This document shows positions 36,063-46,031 of a stretch of 64,000 nt of DNA, piece by piece (position 1 is the stretch's first letter; every line of letters begins with the position of its first letter). The notes under the pieces are model-generated. The model was not told the origin of the DNA, did no database searches, and saw only the letters and a list, made by a program, of their open reading frames with translations. The position numbers and the translations under genes are program-made. The stretch is from Thraustochytrium aureum (lineage: Eukaryota), in the NCBI GenBank assembly GCA_012862495.1, contig BLSG01000410.1, positions 197,558 through 261,557 of the forward strand, in the 5' to 3' direction.

Positions 36063-37471
36063 CTAGACTTGTTCCTCCGCCGCGTCAAGCGCAGCCTTCA
36101 GGTCGGAGACGATGTCATCTGCAAACTCGAGCCCGACAGACATGCGGAGCAAGTTACGTGGTGTCTCCGTGGCCTTGTCCTCTATGCTAGCGCGATGTTC
36201 TATCAAAGACTCTGTGCCTCCCAAGCTCGTTCCGCGTTTGACCAAGACCGTGGCAGCGGCCACCTGCACGGCGACTGCCTCGCCTCCTCGAACGAGAAAG
36301 GAGAGCATCCCACCAAACCCACATGGCGTTGTCGCCGCCTGCGAGGCAAAGAGCGCGTGCTCAGGGTGAGACTCGAGACCTGGGTAATGGACGGCCTCCA
36401 CGACACTGTGCGACTCGAGGAACCGGCAACTTGAAGAGCGTTGTGGCAGTGAAGGTGCATCCGCGCAGAAAGGGAGCGCATCCCGCGCAAAGTGAGCCAG
36501 CAGTCGAACGGAGACGGGATGGCTCCGCACGAGCGTTGGACCGCCTGCACGCGCTCAAAGAGCCCGAGGCCGCGAGGCGAGTTCCCAACCGTGAGCGACC
36601 CGCCGAGGAGGTCGCTGTGCCCGCCCAGGTACTTTGTTGTACTGTGGAGTACCAGGTCGGCGCCAAGGTTGAGCGTGCGACACAGCGCCGGCGTTAGCCA
36701 GGTCGCGTCCGTGAGGTGCACTGCGCCGGCCGCCTGAGCGAGCCGAGACACCATCGCGAGGTCGGTTACCTTGAGCAGCGGGTTGGAGGGCGACTCGGAC
36801 CAAACCAGGATGTTGCCTGGTGCGGCGCACGCGCTCTTGGCAACGTCGAGCGCTGCGCGAAGTGCGCCCTCCTTCGTCATGTCTACCCGGGCAAACTGCA
36901 ACCCCCAAGGGGCAAAGACCGACTGGAGCATGGACCGATTGCCGTGGTACAGGTCGTCCGGGATGATCACGTAGCCGCCTGGCAAGCACTGAAACACGGC
37001 CGCTGCTGCCGCGCTGCCGCTCGCGAAGGCACAGCTCGCCGTGCCGCCCTCTGCGAGGGTGATCGCTTCTTCGAGGCGCTCGCGCGTTGGGTTCTGGATG
37101 CGCCCGTAGATGAACCCGCGCGGGTACGCGAGATCGCTGCCCCTCTCGAACGTGCTGGCCATGTGGATGGGCGGAGTCAGCGCCCCAGTCGCCTCGTCGA
37201 CGCGGCAGCCGGCTTGCGCGAGGACCGTTGCCACTTGGCCGGTCGAGAACTGGGCGTCTGCGAGGCGACCCCTCGGGGGGGCGAGCGTCCGGCTCTTCAA
37301 GTCAGCCACCGACTTGCCTTGCTCGTTGCGCTCGGCTTCGTCCCTGCGCGACTGGCTGCGCTTCGCCCACCACCGCGCGAGCACGACGGCGGCGAGCGCT
37401 GCGAGGCCTCTGCCCCAGGTGCCTGCTAGCGCCGCGACCAGACCCTGCGCGAGGGCTCTCGCCTTGCTCAT
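36063..37471 (-). CDS. Cys/Met metabolism PLP enzyme (cystathionine gamma-lyase/synthase family) with an N-terminal hydrophobic anchor; frameshift at about 36425
   Basis: PPIHMASTF, YGRIQNPTR, FASGSAA, ESPSNPLL, HSTTKYLGGHSD (PLP Lys), SLGGTESL, LLRMSVGLE. Confidence 0.95.
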
Positions 37472-37492
37472 CCTCCCAGCCGCACTCGCAAG

Positions 37493-37722
37493 CCCTGGAG
37501 CCNNNNNNNNNNNNNNNNNNNNNNNNNNNNNNNNNNNNNNNNNNNNNNNNNNNNNNNNNNNNNNNNNNNNNNNNNNNNNNNNNNNNNNNNNNNNNNNNNN
37601 NNNNNNNNNNNNNNNNNNNNNNNNNNNNNNNNNNNNNNNNNNNNNNNNNNNNNNNNNNNNNNNNNNNNNNNNNNNNNNNNNNNNNNNNNNNNNNTCTGCC
37701 CTGGAGCCTCTGCCCTGGAGCC
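37493..37722. repeat. 14-bp tandem repeat (tctgccctggagcc) flanking and probably filling the gap
   Basis: A partial unit ends the left flank and two full units start the right flank. Confidence 0.7.
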
Positions 37723-37896
37723 TGGCCTGCGCGGTCGCCAGAGGCACAATCGCGCGTTTGGAGCAACCGAAACACGCCAAGAGCACAAAAACGACCTGCA
37801 GACTCGCAACGCCGCGCAGGACGGACGCAGGCAGGCAGGCAGGCAGGCAGGGACATTCCTGACGGACAGGACTGCTCGGACTGCGGACCCGGTGGG

Positions 37897-40014
37897 ATGG
37901 CGCTGACGCCGCCGCGCGCGCTGGTCGTGACGGCCGACGACCTCGGCTACGCGGAGGTGAGGGACGACGGCATCTTGCGCGCGTTCGGCGACGGCGTCGT
38001 GACGCGCGCGAGCCTGCTGGTGAACGGCGCGAGCGCCGCGGACGCTGCCAAACGAGCTGTCGCCGCTGGGCTGCCGTTGGGACTGCACCTGAATATCACG
38101 GAAGGCCGCCCCGTGGCGCAGCCCGAGGCTGTGCAGTCCCTGACGCGACGCCCTGAAGGCGGCGGATGCGGACAAGGCGCCGTCTTCTTAGGCGTCCAAG
38201 GCCTCGCCGCGGCGCTCGACGCTGGCCTGGTGCGCCCCCAGGACGTCGCCGCGGAGGCGGAGGCGCAGCTCGCCGCCTTCGAGAACCTTGTCGGCCAACC
38301 GCCTGCATACGTAGACGGCCACAACCACGCGCACGTGGAGCTTCTGGTGGCCAGCGCGCTCGCGCCGTTGCTCAGGGCGCGCGGAGTCCGCCACGTGCGC
38401 ATCCCATGCGAGCGGTTCGTGGCGGAAGCCTTCGTGCGGGGCCTCGATCCGCACAAGCGGAACTTTTACACGCAAGTGTGTAACAAGGCCGCCAGTGTCG
38501 AGAGCTTGTTCCGCGAGCACGGCGTTCATGCTTGTGCGACCCATTTCGTGGGGATTTCCCTCATGGGCGCCCGGCTCACGCTCCAAAACATCTCAGACTG
38601 CCTCATGGCAGTCCCTCTGGATGCCCCATCGGTTGAACTCATGGCCCACCCAGGCTTGCGATGCAAGCCAACCGACCGCGGGTGCGGCGTCGGTGCAGAC
38701 GAGTTTTCCCAGTCTGCGGATCGTGAGCACGAGCTCACGGTACTGTGCGACCCAGACTTGAGACGCATGTTGGAGGACGACCTTGGGTTTTCCCTTGTCG
38801 CGTGCTGCGACCAACCGACCCAGTTGCGCGCCGGCGCGCCAGGCCTGCTCCCCAAGCTGCAGCCTAACGCACCGCGTCCGCGTGTTGCTGTGCTCGGCTC
38901 GCTGACGCTCGCCACGGGCAATCTCGTCACTGCACGGCGGCTTTTGTGCATCCTCGCAGATCTCGGCGTGACTGCCTTTGCTTTGAACACGAACCAGCTC
39001 TGGGACCGCAGTGCCCTGGGGGCAGATCTAGCCAAGGACAATGTGGACGTCGTTCTGGGCATAAATGCAAAGCGCGTCGCGCACCTCTTGACGCCGCCTG
39101 GCGTCGTGGGCCGGAAGACAATTATCGTTGCTGGAGGCACCGACGTGAACGACAAGGACGACGTCGTCAGTGGCGTCGCTCGTGAAGCGTTCAACTCCGC
39201 CACCGTCGTCGTCGCCTTCAACGAGGACATGAAGGCTCGCATCGCGAACGCTCTCGACCACGCCGTGCTGCAGTCCCCGCCGCGAATCTTCATCGTACCG
39301 CAGAGCTTTGTTGCGCCAAGTGTGGCGGAAGGTAGACAATGCCCTGGCCTTGCTCGGCGCTTGTGTGGGTGCACGGCCGTCGGGGACGTCCTGCTTTTGT
39401 TGCCCTGCGGTCTGCGCAAGGTCAAAGACCCAATGTACCTTTTTGACGTGGTCGAGGCCTGGGCAAAGCAAGCTTCAACCCCAGGCTCGCCCGACGGGAC
39501 GCCCCCACGGCGAATAGCCCTTCTACTTGTGGGGCCTCGGCTTGACCATGTGGTTACCAGCGCGGTCCTGGGACGGTGCGAGCTCGTGAACAGCTCTGCA
39601 CGCGCCTCGTCGGGAGAAGCAGGCGGTTCCCTCTTTTTCTGCGACGCGGTCCCGCACGCCACTCTGTTGAAAATGATTCGTGACGCGGATGCACTCGTCG
39701 AACTGCTCACTGAGCGAGGGCATGTCTAACGCTATTCTTGAAGCGATGGCGCTCGGCACGCCTGTCTTTGCCCGCGATGTGCCAGGCAATCGTGCACTTG
39801 TCGACCACGGCCAAACAGGCTTTCTTTTGCGTCGCCTGAAGAGTTTGCCAGCCTCGCCCAAGCGCACCTGATGACATCGAACGACCCAGATTCGAGAGCT
39901 CTGCGTGACCATGTTGTTCGCTCTGCGGGGGCCAGAATCCGCTCGGTGTATTCGCTGCAAGCCGAGCGCGAGGCATATGCCTCGGTGTTGAGCAGTGCGC
40001 TCGCTGCGCCGTAG
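37897..40014 (+). CDS. Fusion of a YdjC/ChbG-family carbohydrate deacetylase and a GT-B (GT4-like) glycosyltransferase of the GLT1D1/SenB type; frameshifts at about 39700 and 39828
   Basis: N-half: [39 protein letters not shown]-half in the same [29 protein letters not shown], then [30 protein letters not shown]. Confidence 0.9.
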
Positions 40015-41307
40015 CTAGTACGCTCTACTGCGACTGCATGTGGTTGCGAGGCCGAAAAGTGAGGGACAAGCGGCGAGCGCCCAGGAGCACACGATGTGGA
40101 ACGACTCGACTACCCAACCCTCAAGAGGCAGCACCGACTGTTGCATCTCGTTGCGCCGCTGACCCTGCTCGCTGGAGACGGCCCGAACCAGCCAGCCCAA
40201 TGGGATCTGGAAGCCTGCGCCGAATCGCATGTACTCTACGCTACTCGGAGTAGGTACCTACGCTACGTGTACCCGCTGCAAAGAAATCAGATGACGCAGA
40301 GGTTTTCACCGCACGAGTGCCTGCCAGTGTGGCCAACTCGGCAACGATCACTTGCGGGCCGACTGTACGGTATAGNNNNNNNNNNNNNNNNNNNNNNNNN
40401 NNNNNNNNNNNNNNNNNNNNNNNNNNNNNNNNNNNNNNNNNNNNNNNNNNNNNNNNNNNNNNNNNNNNNNNNNNNNNNNNNNNNNNNNNNNNNNNNNNNN
40501 NNNNNNNNNNNNNNNNNNNNNNNNNNNNNNNNNNNNNNNNNNNNNNNNNNNNNNNNNNNNNNNNNNNNNNNNNNNNNNNNNNNNNNNNNNNNNNNNNNNN
40601 NNNNNNNNNNNNNNNNNNNNNNNNNNNNNNNNNNNNNNNNNNNNNNNNNNNNNNNNNNNNNNNNNNNNNNNNNNNNNNNNNNNNNNNNNNNNNNNNNNNN
40701 NNNNNNNNNNNNNNNNNNNNNNNNNNNNNNNNNNNNNNNNNNNNNNNNNNNNNNNNNNNNNNNNNNNNNNNNNNNNNNNNNNNNNNNNNNNNNNNNNNNN
40801 NNNNNNNNNNNNNNNNNNNNNNNNNNNNNNNNNNNNNNNNNNNNNNNNNNNNNNNNNNNNNNNNNNNNNNNNNNNNNNNNNNNNNNNNNNNNNNNNNNNN
40901 NNNNNNNNNNNNNNNNNNNNNNNNNNNNNNNNNNNNNNNNNNNNNNNNNNNNNNNNNNNNNNNNNNNNNNNNNNNNNNNNNNNNNNNNNNNNNNNNNNNN
41001 NNNNNNNNNNNNNNNNNNNNNNNNNNNNNNNNNNNNNNNNNNNNNNNNNNNNNNNNNNNNNNNNNNNNNNNNNNNNNNNNNNNNNNNNNNNNNNNNNNNN
41101 NNNNNNNNNNNNNNNNNNNNNNNNNNNNNNNNNNNNNNNNNNNNNNNNNNNNNNNNNNNNNNNNNNNNNNNNNNNNNNNNNNNNNNNNNNNNNNNNNNNN
41201 NNNNNNNNNNNNNNNNNNNNNNNNNNNNNNNNNNNNNNNNNNNNNNNNNNNNNNNNNNNNNNNNNNNNNNNNNNNNNNNNNNNNNNNNNNNNNNNNNNNN
41301 NNNNNNN

Positions 41308-43718
41308 CGGGGCGGCGGTGGCCGTGCGCTGGGCCCCAGACGGGACGATGCTATTCGCGGCGGGCTACGTCGGGCTCGGCTATGTGATTTGGTCATGGGC
41401 CGGGTGCCGCGCCGTGACCTTTCGCGCCGACGAATCCGTCCAACTAACGGTGCCGTGCTTTGGCTGGGCGCTTCTCGGCTACGCCTTCGTGATGTGCGAG
41501 TTGCAGGGCGGCTCCCGGCAAGGAGCCCAGCTTGATTCGGTGGTGGAGCTCAACGCGGTAGAGCTGGTAAAGAGCTGTGCCGCCTCGGGGCAGGCGATTT
41601 CCGGCAGCACGAGCCTTTGCATGCAAGGCTGGAACTATATTTTATCTTTTGGAGAACCAGGAGTGGGACCCGAAAAGCCTTGCTTGGCAGCGGGTCGATC
41701 TGCCGGCCGTCTACCTGGAGGCAAACTGGCCGATCCGGAACGTCGCCGTCAGCCTGAACGGCAAGTACCTCGCGGTGAGCGGGACGTCTGGAGCCGCAGT
41801 GTACTCAAAGGTCTCGAAGCGGTGGAAGCTCTTCCGCGACGCAAACCAAGAGGCAGCGCTTCCGTGCCGGACCCTCTTTTGGTGGGGCGACGAAGTCCTT
41901 TGCGTTGTGGTCCGCGATGCGCGCACGAGGCTCTGGGAGCTCGTGTGCCTCCCGCGAGACAATTTGGACCAGAGCGCGGTGCTCGGGCGTGTCTCATTGC
42001 CTGGAAGACCGGTCGCAGTCGACACGCTCTTCGCAGAGGGCATTGTGGTATTTCTGCTTGCCGACCGAATCTGCATGTTTCAGATGCGCCTCTTCCGGGG
42101 CAGTGGCGTTTCCCCACACGCTGGCCAGAGTGACATGGACACTGACCTTGGCGTTTCAGACGACACGGCTTCCGTCTCCGAAGGCGAAACGGACGAGGAG
42201 GCCTGGGCTCTTGACTTGGCTGCTTCAGCGGCGGCTGGCTCGCACGTGTCTGGTCCGCTCCGCGCGCCCGGGCAGCAAGCAGAGTCGTCCAGAAAGCAAA
42301 AGGTCTTCGTCATCCGTCGCGCCTCATCCGCGAGCGCCGGTGTTGGCCACGACGCCGTCGACGGGGTTTACGTCAAGATGGTAGAGAGCGTGCCGCTCGA
42401 GCCGTCGCCAGCGGAGGATCGAACGCCAAGCTCGCTGAGCCTCATGCCATGTGGGGCTACCCGCCGTGCGGGATCCTCGGTCAAGATACCCAAGTGCGCG
42501 GTGTTGTGGTCTGATGGAACGCTCTGCTTGGTCGACTTGGACGAGGGCACCGAGTCTGTGATTGCGCGCGGCATCTTTCAAATCATGCCGCAGTCGTGGT
42601 CCAAGATAGACCGCGCCGACGACATCGTCCTGCAGAGCTTCCTGGAGCGGAGCGCAGAGCAGACCGCTCAAGCAAGCCGGACTCGCGCCAGTGGTGGCGA
42701 GCGCGGCCCAGTCGGGTCTGCAACCTTGAGCGACAGCTCGCGAATAGGCTCGGGAGGAACTTCTGGAGCCAACTCTGTCGCAAGCTCGCCAAGCTCGATC
42801 GACGAGGATGGCGGCGCAACAACGAATCCGAGAGAGCCGCAGCCAAGGGCTCGTCGCGCGAAAGCTCGCGTGGCAGCTCCAAAGCTCCCCTCTGTGCTGC
42901 TTTTCACGATTTGGCTCATGGACAAGGATGGTTTGCGGCTCTGGTTGCCGGCCCTCGACATTGATGGGGAGTCGATCGACACTAGGTGCGCGGACGCCTA
43001 CTCCGACATTGTCCCCATCGGCATCATGGAGAGCCACGGCCTTGTTATCGGCGTTACGCAGCGGTCGCGAGCCGTAACGAAGAGGCGCGTCCCGTGCTAC
43101 GAGATTTCCGTGCGGGTGACCCCTACAACGCACGCAATTCTGATGTGGCTAACCCGTGCCGCTCGGGTGGACCTCGCAGCGCAGGTGCTTGTGCAGGCCA
43201 GCACGCACCTGCCTCTGTTCCGTGAGACGTTAGATTTATTCCTTTTCAGCGCTGTGGAGGCGGACTACAAGAGCAAGGGTAAGGCTGCGTCCGCTGAGCT
43301 AGAAGCGGGCGGACGGCGCGACCAAGACGGGACCGACCAGCGGTCTGCAGGAGGCGGCGCTGAAGGCCGCCCCGTGGCGCTGCTACCGCGCGTCATAAGC
43401 CTCTTGCGCACAGGAAAGATCGCTGCGGTGATCGACACTCGCACGTACGATGCTCTCGTTGTAACTTGCGCGCGTAAGATGGAGGCCTCCAGATGGGACC
43501 TCTTTTTCCAGAGCGCGGGCAACCCAGAGCAGCTCTTCAACGACGCAATCTACAACGGCGACTTGAACACAGCGGCAGGTTCGATGATCATTGCAGACTC
43601 GTTCTCCCCCGAGCGCTCCTCCAAGCGGATCGCCGCGCTGGCGCACGCTGCGGCGCTCAAGAAGGACGAGCGGCTTCTGCAGCAGATCACCCACTTCCAG
43701 AGCACCAAGATGCTGTAG
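41308..43718 (+). CDS. RIC1: RIC1 (Rab6/Ypt6 GEF subunit), 5' part in the gap, frameshift at about 41640
   Basis: YLEANWPIR..LAVSG..RWKLFRDANQE and VVTCARKMEASRWDLFFQSAGNPEQLF are RIC1 signature segments. Confidence 0.88.
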
Positions 43719-43994
43719 CTTGAGCAGGTCGTCGAGCGGCGTTCGCAGCGCGTCAACGCCGACCGGGCGAGCTCGATGCTTCCGACGCCGCTGCTTGTAG
43801 CTGTCTCGAGCAGAAAGTAATCTCCCTTTCATGATCCTCCCCTGTTTCGGGCCAGCAGCGCCGCGCCCGGGAGTGCCGTCCCCGCGGACCTGGCGCTCGA
43901 CTCGGAAGGGCCAGTTCGCCCGCGTTGAAAGGACAGCAAGCGGGTAACCCAGCACTCCAAACGCACTCTCACTCACGCTCAGTCTCTCACTCAC

Positions 43995-44038
43995 GCAGGC
44001 AGGCAGGCAGGCAGACGCAGGCAGGCAGGCAGGCAGGC
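43995..44038. repeat. (GCAG)n microsatellite upstream of the ATG at 44070
   Basis: Read directly. Confidence 0.92.
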
Positions 44039-44069
44039 ACGCGCGAAGGCGAGCGCAGTCGCAGGCGCC

Positions 44070-45716
44070 ATGGAGGGCTTCGCCGTCCACATGGGCCAGA
44101 GCGCGGCGGGCGGCTCCGACGACGAGGATGTCCCGGACATTGCCTCGCTGCACTCCTCGCTGCAAGCGTCGCTAGAGAGCGCGTTGAACAAACTCGCAGA
44201 CGGGGCTGCCTCGCGCAGCAGGCCGGGCGTGAACGGGATCGACCTGGAGGGCTTGATGAGGCGCTCGGCGGGGGACGCGCAATACGTGCAAGGGCCAAAA
44301 CGAGCCCACGCTTGGGACCACGAGAACGGCACGGACAACGCGCAGGCTGGCGGGGGCAGAGACGGGGACGACGAGGTTGATGAGGAGCTCGAGGAGGGGC
44401 TCGAGGAGGAGCTCGAGGAGGACAGCGAAGAGGGTGGTGGGGAGGACAGCGACGACGCGGACGCAGACTCGGACATCGGCCCCGTTGTCGTCGAGCCGAT
44501 GCAGGAGGTCTTGCAGCGGCTCAATACGAACATGCTGCTCCCCCGGTTTGCTGCCTCCCAGCTAGAGATGCTCGGCATCGACCACGGGATGGACGCGCCA
44601 GACCCCGTCGGCTCCCTGTACGGCGCAGAAACAATCTACTTTGGCGCATCCAACGTCGAGCTCGGCAACCTGGTGTGCGAGTACAACAAGCAGCTTCGGC
44701 TTTCCTTGGAAGTTGCGCCTCGCGCGGCGATCATTGTCGAGTACCTTTTCGTTTCTGACGAAGCTACTCCAGGAATCCTCGCCAGACTATGCGTGCCAGT
44801 GGTTGGGCTGAGTGTGTCGGTCCGCACTTGGCGGGCAAGCCGGTCGGCGCCACCAATGGTGGCCCTAGTTCTCCAGCTGAGCGCGCCGCTGAGCGCGCAG
44901 GGCGACTCGGCGTTTGCAGCCAAAGACCTCAGCGGTCTTGAAGTCGGAAACGATGGGAGCGTGGTCGGCGCGAAGCAGGTCCCTTATCGCCCCGTCGGGG
45001 ACTGGACCTTGAAAGAAGCAGCGTCGCGGGCAAGCCAGGTTGTCATTTACGGCGAGACGAACTCAGTGGCCAGGTTTGCAAGGCAGCTGGCGTTGCGGTT
45101 CCCCAGCATCGGGGAGCAAATTCTGGACTCCTCTGGCGCCGGCCCATTCCGCGAGCCTTCGAGCACCGACTCTGCGTCTGAGTCGGAAAACGAGGAGGAC
45201 GCAGATGCGGCTGAGAGCGACTTGAAGACTGAACCGACCGGGTTTGAGGACGACGACCTCGGCGTCGTCTTCGATCGGCTCACTGCCAGTGTGAAACCGG
45301 ACGCAGACCCTGACGCCGACGCCGACTCTGAGGACAGCAGCGCTCCTTTCAGTTTCCCGTTTGAGCCGATCCCCGTGACGGAGGAGGATCTTGTGAACGA
45401 CCTCTTCGGCATGGACAAGCTCACGCTTTCTGAAGAACCTGCAGAGGGACTCGGGGCTGGCGGCGACGGCGAGGCAGCTCTCGAAGCCTTGCTTTCGAGC
45501 ATGGCGGGCTTGTCGATGCCGGAGGAGCCGCCAACGCGTGGCGATACCTTGGCAGACCTGTCGGGCCCCATCAACGAGCTGGATCTTGCAGAGTTGGACT
45601 TTGAAGCCCGGGAAGCGTTCGAGTGGAGCGAGGCGGACGCGGCCGAAATCCTGGCAGACTTCTCCAGTGAGGACATTGGGGAGGGTTCGAGTGGCGCAAA
45701 GCGAACGCGCAGATGA
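44070..45716 (+). CDS. Highly acidic hypothetical protein (548 aa) with a central folded region and a basic C-terminal tail
   Basis: Intact long ORF, GC3 bias, D/E-rich termini, ends AKRTRR (possible NLS). Confidence 0.8.
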   Translation: MEGFAVHMGQSAAGGSDDEDVPDIASLHSSLQASLESALNKLADGAASRSRPGVNGIDLEGLMRRSAGDAQYVQGPKRAHAWDHENGTDNAQAGGGRDGDDEVDEELEEGLEEELEEDSEEGGGEDSDDADADSDIGPVVVEPMQEVLQRLNTNMLLPRFAASQLEMLGIDHGMDAPDPVGSLYGAETIYFGASNVELGNLVCEYNKQLRLSLEVAPRAAIIVEYLFVSDEATPGILARLCVPVVGLSVSVRTWRASRSAPPMVALVLQLSAPLSAQGDSAFAAKDLSGLEVGNDGSVVGAKQVPYRPVGDWTLKEAASRASQVVIYGETNSVARFARQLALRFPSIGEQILDSSGAGPFREPSSTDSASESENEEDADAAESDLKTEPTGFEDDDLGVVFDRLTASVKPDADPDADADSEDSSAPFSFPFEPIPVTEEDLVNDLFGMDKLTLSEEPAEGLGAGGDGEAALEALLSSMAGLSMPEEPPTRGDTLADLSGPINELDLAELDFEAREAFEWSEADAAEILADFSSEDIGEGSSGAKRTRR

Positions 45717-46031
45717 ACGAGGCTGGCCGTCGCGAGTCGCGACTATCAGGCTGACTTGCACTTTTCTGCGAGGCCCGGTGGAAGAGCGCGGCGTTTCAAA
45801 GGCAATGGCCGTCCAAGGGCTGGCATGTCAATTGATGAATCGCTAGTGCCAGCTAGAGCTAAGAACAAAATCAAGCCTGGTGTTGTAAGTTCTCTGCAGG
45901 TGGTCGCGTCGCGCCGCCGCGGCGACCTTGCTTTCAAGTGCAGCTGAGTAGGCTGGCCCAGCGCTCGCGTGCGCTGGTTGAAAAACAGCGCCCAATCATG
46001 CCGCACGGGCTTGTCGCCGAATCCGCCAATC

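Noticed and set aside
22284..40014. Bacterial contamination or an operon-like island
   Set aside because: Bacterial-type genes are interleaved with SmD3, an intron-containing gene and a presequence-bearing IleRS, in mixed orientations with similar codon usage
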